Source of the DNA: an uncultured Candidatus Saccharibacteria bacterium
GTDB lineage: Bacteria; Patescibacteriota; WWE3; UBA101185; UBA10185
NCBI GenBank assembly: GCA_964385105.1
Contig: CAYLMU010000001.1
Location: 194,252 to 258,251, forward strand
DNA: 64,000 nucleotides
Direction of reading: 5' to 3'
The position numbers were made by a program, and so were the translations under genes. Under the pieces are notes generated by a model, which was given only the letters and a program-made list of their open reading frames with translations, did not search any database and was not told where the DNA came from. Positions 56,717 to 64,000 of this stretch are shown piece by piece; the first letter of the stretch is position 1; every line of letters starts with the position of its first letter.

Positions 56717-57130
56717 ATGCCAACAGTAAATCAACTAATAAGAAAAGGAAGAAAATCAAAGAAAAAGAAGGCTTCAACACCTGCATTATCAGAAGTTTAC
56801 AATGCAAAGAAGCGAGTATTTAACCCTAGTGAAGGGCCGTTTAAACGCGGTGTATGTTTGCAGGTTAAAACTTTAACTCCCAGAAAACCAAACTCAGCTT
56901 TAAGGAAAGTTGCCAGAGTAAGACTTTCTAACAGAAGAGATGTTACTGCATATATTCCCGGTGAAGGGCATTCATTGCAAGAACACTCGGTGGTTATGAT
57001 AAGAGGAGGAAGAGTTAAAGATTTACCAGGTATTAAATACACAATTATAAGAGGAAAATTTGATTTACAGGGTGTGCAGGGAAGAAAGTCATCAAGGTCA
57101 AGGTATGGAGCAAAAAAACCTAAAGATTAA
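56717..57130 (+). CDS. rpsL: 30S ribosomal protein S12
   Basis: [12 protein letters not shown]...[11 protein letters not shown]... Confidence 0.95.
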   Translation: MPTVNQLIRKGRKSKKKKASTPALSEVYNAKKRVFNPSEGPFKRGVCLQVKTLTPRKPNSALRKVARVRLSNRRDVTAYIPGEGHSLQEHSVVMIRGGRVKDLPGIKYTIIRGKFDLQGVQGRKSSRSRYGAKKPKD

Positions 57131-57141
57131 TAAGGATTAGC

Positions 57142-57606
57142 ATGAGAGCACAAAAAGCAAAAAAAAGAGTCACAAGACCAGATTCACTTTATAAATCAAG
57201 AATAGTTGCAAGGACTATAAATTCATTAATGAAAGATGGTAAAAAAAGTGTAGCTGAGAGTATAATGTATTCTTCACTTGAAAAAATCTCTGATGACAGA
57301 AAAGAAGCACTAGCAATATTTGAAGAAGCTATAAAAAATATAATGCCCCGACAGGAAGTTAGATCAAGAAGAGTCGGAGGCGCAACTTATCAGGTTCCTA
57401 TGCCTGTCAAACATCAAAGAGCCGAAGCTTTGGCAATTAGATGGCTTATTGAGGCTGCAAGAAAAAGACAAGGCAAACCAATGGATGAGTTTTTATTTGA
57501 AGAAATTAAGAATGCAAATGATGGGGTAGGTTCAGCTATTGCAAAAAGAGACGAAACTCACAGAATGGCAGAAGCAAATCGAGCATTTGCACACTTCAGG
57601 TTTTAA
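57142..57606 (+). CDS. rpsG: 30S ribosomal protein S7
   Basis: S7 family sequence. Conserved str operon order. Confidence 0.95.
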   Translation: MRAQKAKKRVTRPDSLYKSRIVARTINSLMKDGKKSVAESIMYSSLEKISDDRKEALAIFEEAIKNIMPRQEVRSRRVGGATYQVPMPVKHQRAEALAIRWLIEAARKRQGKPMDEFLFEEIKNANDGVGSAIAKRDETHRMAEANRAFAHFRF

Positions 57607-57609
57607 AAA

Positions 57610-59691
57610 ATGGCAAAGACTGCTGATATAAAAAAATATCCTTTGGATAAAATAAGAAATATTGGAATTATTGCTCATGTTGATGCAGGAAAAACCACTA
57701 CAACAGAGCGTATTTTATATTTCACAGGGCGTTCACATAAAATTGGTGAAGTACATGAAGGAGCCGCTCAAATGGACTGGATGGCACAAGAGCGTGAAAG
57801 AGGTATAACCATTACTTCAGCTGCTACCACCTGTTTTTGGAATGACCATAGAATAAATATTATTGATACTCCCGGTCACGTAGACTTTACGGCTGAAGTT
57901 GAAAGATCATTAAGGGTGCTTGATGGAGGTGTTGTGTTATTTGACGGATCGCAAGGTGTAGAACCCCAAAGCGAAACTGTGTGGAGACAGTCTGAGAAAT
58001 ATCATGTTCCTTTATTATGTTTTATCAATAAGCTCGACAAAATAGGCGGAGATTTTTACATGTCGCTTAATTCAATTTTAGAAAGACTTTCTCCAAATGC
58101 ATATGCCGTTCAATTACCTATTGGGATTGAAGGGGATTTTAAATCAATTATTGATCTTGTTGAGAAAAAAGCATATAAATTTTCAGGTGAGCTTGGAGCT
58201 ACAATAGATGAAATTGAAATTCCAGCGGACATGGCAGACAAAGTTGAAGAATATAGAACAAAACTAATAGAAAAAGTTGCCGAATCCGATGATACTTTAA
58301 TTGAAAAATATTTAGCAGGTGAAGAATTAACACCTGAAGAAATCAAAAGAGGAATTAGAAAACTTACTGTGAAAACAGAATTATACCCTGTATTTTGTGG
58401 TGCTTCATTAAGTAATATTGGAGTTCAAAGACTTCTTGATGGAGTTGTAGATTATCTTCCTTCACCGCTGGAAACCCCTGATATTGTAGGTCATAAAGTA
58501 AATTCTGACGAAACCGTTGTTATAAAAACCGATGAAAGTGAACCCTTTGCAGCACTTGCATTTAAAATACAAACAGACCCATATGTTGGTAGATTAACAT
58601 ATGTAAGAGTTTATTCCGGAAAAGTTGACGCGGGATCATTTGTTTTAAACTCAGCAAAAGGTGAAAAAGAAAGGGTAAGCCGAATTTTATTGATGCATGC
58701 AAACCACCGGGAAGAAGTAAAAGAACTTACTGCCGGTGAAATTGGAGCTGTAATTGGTTTGAATAACACAATTACAGGGGATACTTTATGTGATGAAAAT
58801 AATCCTGTTGTTTTGGAATCTATTGACTTTGCCGAACCTGTTATTGGTTTAATGATTGAGCCTAAAACAAAAGGTGACCGTGACAAAATGGGTATTGGTC
58901 TTAAAAAACTTATAGAAGAAGATCCTACATTAAAAGTTAAATCTGATGCCGAGACAGCAGAGACAATTTTGTATGGAATGGGTGAGCTGCACCTGGATAT
59001 TATTGTTGACCGACTAAAAAGAGAATTTAATGTTGACGTGAATGTGGGAAGACCTCAAGTAGCATACAGGGAAACTATTAAGGATACAGTAAATCATGAA
59101 ACCAAATATATTCGACAGTCAGGCGGTAGAGGACAATATGGTCACGTTATTATTGAAATGAAACCACTTGATAGGGGTGAAGGTATAGTTTTTGTTAACA
59201 ATATTGTAGGAGGTTCAATCCCAAAAGAATATATTCCTGCAATTGAAAAAGGTATAAATGAAGCAGCAGAAAGCGGTGTGATTGCAGGTTATCCGGTTGT
59301 GGATTTGCAGGTTAAGTTGAATGACGGATCATTTCATGAAGTTGACTCATCCGAAATGGCATTTAAAATAGCTGCATCAGATGCATTTAAATCTGCTCAA
59401 AGAAAAGCAAAGCCATATTTACTTGAGCCAATTATGAGCGTTGAAGTAACCACTCCCGAAGAATTTATGGGAGATGTAATTGGTAATCTATCGTCAAAAC
59501 GCGGTCGTATTGAAGGAAGCACTTCAAGAGGAATGGCAACTGTGGTAAAAGCAAAAGTACCATTGGCCGAGATGTTCGGGTACGCAACTGAATTAAGAGG
59601 AATGACCCAAGGCCGTGCAAGTTTTAGCATGGAACCAAGCCATTATGAAGAAGTTCCTGCAAACTTGGTTGAAGATATTTCAAAAAGATAA
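57610..59691 (+). CDS. fusA: Elongation factor G
   Basis: [19 protein letters not shown]; DTPGHVDF; NKLDK. 693 aa. Confidence 0.95.
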   Translation: MAKTADIKKYPLDKIRNIGIIAHVDAGKTTTTERILYFTGRSHKIGEVHEGAAQMDWMAQERERGITITSAATTCFWNDHRINIIDTPGHVDFTAEVERSLRVLDGGVVLFDGSQGVEPQSETVWRQSEKYHVPLLCFINKLDKIGGDFYMSLNSILERLSPNAYAVQLPIGIEGDFKSIIDLVEKKAYKFSGELGATIDEIEIPADMADKVEEYRTKLIEKVAESDDTLIEKYLAGEELTPEEIKRGIRKLTVKTELYPVFCGASLSNIGVQRLLDGVVDYLPSPLETPDIVGHKVNSDETVVIKTDESEPFAALAFKIQTDPYVGRLTYVRVYSGKVDAGSFVLNSAKGEKERVSRILLMHANHREEVKELTAGEIGAVIGLNNTITGDTLCDENNPVVLESIDFAEPVIGLMIEPKTKGDRDKMGIGLKKLIEEDPTLKVKSDAETAETILYGMGELHLDIIVDRLKREFNVDVNVGRPQVAYRETIKDTVNHETKYIRQSGGRGQYGHVIIEMKPLDRGEGIVFVNNIVGGSIPKEYIPAIEKGINEAAESGVIAGYPVVDLQVKLNDGSFHEVDSSEMAFKIAASDAFKSAQRKAKPYLLEPIMSVEVTTPEEFMGDVIGNLSSKRGRIEGSTSRGMATVVKAKVPLAEMFGYATELRGMTQGRASFSMEPSHYEEVPANLVEDISKR

Positions 59692-59765
59692 TTCACCCTA
59701 TAGCTTTACATTTAAAATATACTCTTGTAAAATAGCAAATATATAAGATACACTTATATTAGCTC

Positions 59766-62534
59766 ATGAATTCAAAGAACTTTTTGTCCTCTTTATTGAA
59801 TGTTAATTATTGGCTGCTCACTGCAGGTATGAATTTTGTAATCTCAACATTAGTACTGCTTGGTATGTTTTCGTTTGGCATGTTTAATGCAGGTACAACC
59901 CTGGGTACAAGCACGGTGACTTTGAGCCCACGACAGGACACAACTGTAAAAGAAGATTATGCCACAAGAAATTATGGATCCGATTCCGAGCTCATTTCAG
60001 ACGGAAAACCAAAAAGAATTGCCTATTTACAATTTGATCTTTCAAGTATTAATCGCTCACAAACCATAACAAGTGCTGTTCTTCGAGTAAGAACAACATC
60101 AAACGCTGAATCAAGGGATGTAAGGAAGAATATTAGGTTGGTAACAAACAACAGCTGGAACGAGTCAAGCATGACTTGGAGAAACAGACCTTCAGTTGGA
60201 ACAAGCATTGGATCATTGCGAACTTCAGTGAGGGCTAATCAAACTTATGATATTAATCTAAGTGCTGCACATGTACAACCATATGCAGGTAGAACTTTTT
60301 CTTTGGCTATAGATGACACCTCAAACGGATCTATACTCACATTAAACTCAAAAGAAGCACGTAGTGGCTCTCCTCAGTTAATACTAACTGTTGAGACGCC
60401 TGATGTTAAAAATACACCGCCTGTTGCCAGAATTAATACAAACACAACTTCCGGAAATGCTCCTTTAACTGTTGAATTTGATGGAAGCAGGTCATCTGAT
60501 GCTGATGGGAATATTGTTGCTTATTCATGGAATTTAGGTGATGGAAATACGTCAAACGATCAAAAAGTCTCACACACTTATGTAAAATCAGGTGAATATA
60601 GAATTCAGCTTACAGTAACTGATAATAGTGGAGCTACGGCTTCAGCCAACACAACTATAAATGTAACAGAATCAGGGGGCGGAGATTCCGGTGGTAGAGG
60701 AAATGTTATTTTAACTCCAACTGATGACGCGCATGTGAAACAGTCTTATGGAGGAAATAGAAATTATGGTACTGATGCAACACTGGAATCCGATCAAATA
60801 CCAGATTCAGGATCAGCACGAGTTACTTACATTAAATTTAACCTCACACCTTATGCAAATGCCACACTAAATTCAGCCAGATTGAGATTGACTGTGAATA
60901 ACGGCTCATCTGATAGACAAAATATAAAGTTAATTGGTGATAATAACTGGAATGAAAATTCAATAACTTATCTAAACAGACCTTCAACAAGTTCCGCACA
61001 GATAGTTACAACGCTTAATAGTGTATCAACTAATCAAGTGCTGGATTTGGATTTAACAACAAATCTGCGGTCATATTTGGGACGTACTGCAACTATTGTT
61101 GTAGAAAATACCGGATCTGACAGAATGGTTTTGAATTCAAAAGAAGCAGGAAATGTTGTATTACGTCCTCAACTAACATTAAATATTGGCGGAGACACAG
61201 TACCTCCTCCACCGTCTAACCAACTTCCAACAGCAAGAATTACGGCAAATCCTGTAAACGGAGAAGCACCTTTAGCTGTGACATTCAATGGTTCAGGTTC
61301 AACAGACCCGGATGGAAGTATTGTTGCCTACTCATGGAATTTTGGAAACGGCTCACGTGCAACGGGAGCTTCAACATCACATACATATAATGTAGTTGGA
61401 AATTATACGGCAGTACTAACTGTTACAGATAATGCCGGAGGTCAGGCATCAGCAAATGTAACTATAAATGTTACGTCTACCACACCACCACCGCCTCCGC
61501 CACCACCTCCTCCCCCTCCTCCGCCACCACCGGGATCAACGGGCGGAATCTGGATTTCACGAGATGAAGTTAGAGCTTTACCAACAACAGGTGCTGCAAG
61601 TGCCGGATGGCAGAATGTGTTGACAGCTGCAAGCAATAACTTCAGTAGACCAAATATTGCAGATCAGAACGATCCGGATGATGTGTATGCATACGCAGCA
61701 GCCCTTGTTTATGCAAAAACCGGAGACGAAAGTTACAGAACTAGAGTAGTTGAAGCTATACGCAATGCAAGAGGAACCGACAACGGTGCAAGTATTTTAT
61801 CAGTTGCACGAAATATTCAGGCTTTGGTTATAGCTGCGGATTTAATAAATCTATCGGATTTTCCTTCTGAAGATCAGGCATTTAGAAGCTGGATTTCTAA
61901 GATGAGAACTACAGTTTACTCGGGAGCCGGACCGTCACTCTCTATAGTTACATGTCAAGAGCGAAGACCGAATAATTTCGGTACACACTGTGGCGCAGCA
62001 CGAATGGCTATAGATTTATATATTGGCGATACCGCTGATTTTAATAAAGCCGTTAATATCTATAAAGGTTATTTAGGTGATCGAAGCGCATACACCGGTT
62101 TTGTGTTTGGAGAGCTTTGTTACGCACATAGCCAAACACAACCTGTAGGTATTAATCCACCGGGTTCTACATTAAGAATTGGCAATAACGCCTATAATGC
62201 TGATGGTATATTGCCTGATGACCAAAGAAGATCAGGCTGCCCAGCAGAATATCCATATCCTGATGAAAACTATGTATGGGAAGCTTTGCAAGGTGTGACA
62301 GTACAAGCTGAAATATTACACAGAAGAGGTATGGATTCTTATAACTGGTCAAGTAGAGCATTATATAGAGCAGTAAACTGGCTCCATTCGGTAAATGGAT
62401 TTCCTGCAACAGGCGATGACCGATGGGTACCATGGATTATTAATAAAAGATACAGTACTTCGTTTCCAGCCCAGACTCCGGGGTCAGTGTCGGTTGGTAA
62501 AGGAATGGGATTTGCAGAATGGACACACAGATAA
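59766..62534 (+). CDS. Large secreted/surface protein: signal/anchor sequence, 2x [DNRLRE-like carbohydrate-binding-type domain + PKD domain], poly-proline linker, C-terminal alginate-lyase-like (alpha/alpha toroid) domain
   Basis: N-terminal hydrophobic segment. Two copies of ...YLQFDLS...LRVRT...NNSWNESSMTWRNRPS / ...YIKFNLT...LRLTV...DNNWNENSITYLNRPS, which is the DNRLRE-type signature. Two PKD-like units (PLTVEFDGSRSSDADGNIVAYSWNLGDGN...; PLAVTFNGSGSTDPDGSIVAYSWNFGNGS...). A run of 16 Pro codons. The C-terminal ~390 aa carry an NNFGTH motif reminiscent of the lyase NNHSYW motif (weak). Confidence 0.7.
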   Translation: MNSKNFLSSLLNVNYWLLTAGMNFVISTLVLLGMFSFGMFNAGTTLGTSTVTLSPRQDTTVKEDYATRNYGSDSELISDGKPKRIAYLQFDLSSINRSQTITSAVLRVRTTSNAESRDVRKNIRLVTNNSWNESSMTWRNRPSVGTSIGSLRTSVRANQTYDINLSAAHVQPYAGRTFSLAIDDTSNGSILTLNSKEARSGSPQLILTVETPDVKNTPPVARINTNTTSGNAPLTVEFDGSRSSDADGNIVAYSWNLGDGNTSNDQKVSHTYVKSGEYRIQLTVTDNSGATASANTTINVTESGGGDSGGRGNVILTPTDDAHVKQSYGGNRNYGTDATLESDQIPDSGSARVTYIKFNLTPYANATLNSARLRLTVNNGSSDRQNIKLIGDNNWNENSITYLNRPSTSSAQIVTTLNSVSTNQVLDLDLTTNLRSYLGRTATIVVENTGSDRMVLNSKEAGNVVLRPQLTLNIGGDTVPPPPSNQLPTARITANPVNGEAPLAVTFNGSGSTDPDGSIVAYSWNFGNGSRATGASTSHTYNVVGNYTAVLTVTDNAGGQASANVTINVTSTTPPPPPPPPPPPPPPPPGSTGGIWISRDEVRALPTTGAASAGWQNVLTAASNNFSRPNIADQNDPDDVYAYAAALVYAKTGDESYRTRVVEAIRNARGTDNGASILSVARNIQALVIAADLINLSDFPSEDQAFRSWISKMRTTVYSGAGPSLSIVTCQERRPNNFGTHCGAARMAIDLYIGDTADFNKAVNIYKGYLGDRSAYTGFVFGELCYAHSQTQPVGINPPGSTLRIGNNAYNADGILPDDQRRSGCPAEYPYPDENYVWEALQGVTVQAEILHRRGMDSYNWSSRALYRAVNWLHSVNGFPATGDDRWVPWIINKRYSTSFPAQTPGSVSVGKGMGFAEWTHR
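61485..61532 (+). repeat. Low-complexity CCN tract encoding 16 consecutive prolines (inter-domain linker)
   Basis: ccaccaccgcctccgccaccacctcctccccctcctccgccaccaccg. The antisense reading gives poly-Gly. Confidence 0.9.
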
Positions 62535-62548
62535 ACAATCATAAAAAC

Positions 62549-63148
62549 ATGAGAAAATTTTTATTTGGTTTTTTTATTTTGGGTCTTGGCGGATTACTTT
62601 TGACCGGGTTTATATTAAGTAACACTCCGGAAGCTGTACAAAATTCAGATTCGAGTGTTTTTAGCAGATTTTTGGGTAATACTTTTACCGGTAATAACGC
62701 TCCAGAACAGCCAACCGGTTCGGGTGAAATTGTTGAATTAGAAGACCCGATGATTAATATGCTTGAAGTTGATGAAGTAAGAGAAGTTGTAATAGACGAG
62801 GAAGATGCACTGGTAGCTCAACTAACCGATGTTTCAGGAGGCACTGGTATAGGTACTGCTTATCTACTTCGAGATGAAGGAACTTTATACCATTATGTCA
62901 CGGTGACTCTTCCCGGTGTTGAGGGTGAAAATTTTTATGAAAGTTGGCTGGTAAACGAAGAGACTAATGAATTCTATTCAACAGGACAATTACAAAAAGG
63001 TGCAAATGACACTTTTGAGCTTGGTTATTCGGAAAATAGCATGCTTGACGGTTACAACAAAGTTGTGATTACACTGGAAACAGTTTATGACGATACACCT
63101 GAAAAACATGTATTAGAAGGAACAGTAGTTGAGAGAATTTTGGAGTAA
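62549..63148 (+). CDS. Hypothetical N-terminally anchored exported protein (about 200 aa)
   Basis: MRKFLFGFFILGLGGLLLTGFILS signal/anchor followed by an acidic domain. The ORF-track start 62519 overlaps the upstream gene, so the Met at 62549 is preferred. Confidence 0.45.
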   Translation: MRKFLFGFFILGLGGLLLTGFILSNTPEAVQNSDSSVFSRFLGNTFTGNNAPEQPTGSGEIVELEDPMINMLEVDEVREVVIDEEDALVAQLTDVSGGTGIGTAYLLRDEGTLYHYVTVTLPGVEGENFYESWLVNEETNEFYSTGQLQKGANDTFELGYSENSMLDGYNKVVITLETVYDDTPEKHVLEGTVVERILE

Positions 63149-63263
63149 CTTTTTTCTTTTGCCCTAAACTTGCTACCATCAACAAAACCCTTGATTTTCT
63201 TTGTATAACTGTTACTATAATGCATGCAAAATCAGTAAAAATTTTTGCTAAGAGCGTTAATAC

Positions 63264-63292
63264 TTGTTAAATGACGTTTTAGCTTATATAAT
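63264..63292 (+). promoter_or_regulatory. Sigma70-type promoter TTGTTA-N17-TATAAT upstream of tuf
   Basis: cttgttaaatgacgttttagcttatataat. The -10 is about 58 nt upstream of the tuf ATG. Confidence 0.45.
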
Positions 63293-63349
63293 CTGAATAA
63301 TTTGCTCTTTTAAGTAAATATTTAACAAGTCTAAGAAAGGACATTTAAA

Positions 63350-64000
63350 ATGGCAGTTTTTGAAAGAAATAAACCACACGTCAACGTTGGTACTATTGGT
63401 CACGTTGACCACGGTAAAACAACATTAACCGCAGCTATTACAAAAACATTGGCTGACAAAGGTTTTGCTAAATTTAAACAATACGATGAAATTGATAAGG
63501 CTCCGGAAGAAAAGGCAAGAGGTATTACAATTAATGTTACTCACGTAGAGTACGAAACAGAAAAAAGGCATTATGCCCACATTGATGCTCCGGGTCACGC
63601 TGACTACATCAAAAATATGATTACAGGTGCTGCTCAAATGGACGGTGCAATTTTGGTTGTATCCGCTCCTGACGGACCAATGCCTCAAACAAGAGAACAC
63701 ATCCTCTTGGCAAAGCAGGTTAACGTTCCGGCAGTTTTGGTATTTATGAACAAAACCGACATGGTTCAAGATGCTGAACTTCTTGACCTTGTGGAACTTG
63801 AAGTAAGAGAACTTTTAACCAAATATGGATTCCCCGGAGAAGACGTACCTGTTATAAAAGGTTCAGCACTAAAAGCTTTAGACGGTGATCCTGAAGCAGT
63901 AAAAGCTATCGAAGAACTCATGAACGCTGTAGACGAATACATTCCTACACCAACAAGAGATCTTGATAAGCCATTTTTGATGCCTGTTGAAGACGTATTT
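63350..64000 (+). CDS. tuf: Elongation factor Tu. Partial: the C-terminus is beyond the window end.
   Basis: Manual translation gives [32 protein letters not shown]...[26 protein letters not shown]... The ORF is open to the window edge and so is absent from the ORF track. The antisense ORF 63425..63769 is spurious. Confidence 0.9.
   Translation, partial: MAVFERNKPHVNVGTIGHVDHGKTTLTAAITKTLADKGFAKFKQYDEIDKAPEEKARGITINVTHVEYETEKRHYAHIDAPGHADYIKNMITGAAQMDGAILVVSAPDGPMPQTREHILLAKQVNVPAVLVFMNKTDMVQDAELLDLVELEVRELLTKYGFPGEDVPVIKGSALKALDGDPEAVKAIEELMNAVDEYIPTPTRDLDKPFLMPVEDVF

Noticed and set aside
1-64000. Looked for CRISPR arrays, rRNA and tRNA genes and IS/transposase genes
   Set aside because: No regularly spaced direct repeats were seen. 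No tRNA-like GTTCGAATCC/T-arm signatures are present in the intergenic regions. No ORF has transposase or integrase motifs. The window appears free of these feature classes.

Overview
This window is a low-GC, gene-dense bacterial chromosome segment. The sequence does not identify the organism, but the overall pattern suggests a reduced-genome bacterium with a Gram-positive-like envelope, possibly Candidatus Saccharibacteria / CPR-like (inference). Supporting signs are that several housekeeping proteins are shorter than usual and that sortase, an LCP family protein, MurJ, UppP, SecA and LepB are all present. Most of the window is conserved housekeeping: ruvX(partial)...ftsK-rnj-udg-lon-like-pnp-rpsO-infB-nusA on the minus strand, then the hrcA-grpE-dnaK-dnaJ heat-shock operon, lepA, murJ, rpsT, tpi/pgk, lysS, serS, uppP, secA, lepB, and the rpoB-rpoC-rpsL-rpsG-fusA ... 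tuf block. No rRNA, tRNA, CRISPR array or transposase was recognised. Embedded among the housekeeping genes are several non-standard elements. (1) A minus-strand cluster encodes a membrane-anchored VirD4/TraG-like ATPase, an FtsA/PilM-family actin-like ATPase and a large bitopic membrane protein. (2) A three-gene plus-strand cassette with GC-richer codon usage and a clear sigma70-like promoter is inserted between nusA and dnaJ; it includes a 430-aa protein with a possible Cys/His active site. (3) A pilN/pilO-like gene pair starts inside the 3' end of rpsT and is followed by small membrane ORFs. (4) A truncated aldehyde:ferredoxin-oxidoreductase N-domain protein and a ferredoxin sit between pgk and tpi, where gap would normally be. 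(5) LysRS is fused to a C-terminal HD phosphohydrolase domain. (6) Three tandem ~80-aa paralogues share a conserved GW...W motif. (7) A Lon AAA+ module has no protease domain, and a catalytically degenerate DHH/NrnA-like protein is present. (8) A 922-aa surface protein with 2x (DNRLRE-like + PKD) domains, a poly-Pro linker and a lyase-like domain, plus a membrane protein, are inserted between fusA and tuf. Candidate regulatory elements include a CIRCE-like operator overlapping the hrcA start, an intrinsic terminator in the nusA leader, and terminator/promoter signals before secA, serS and tuf.
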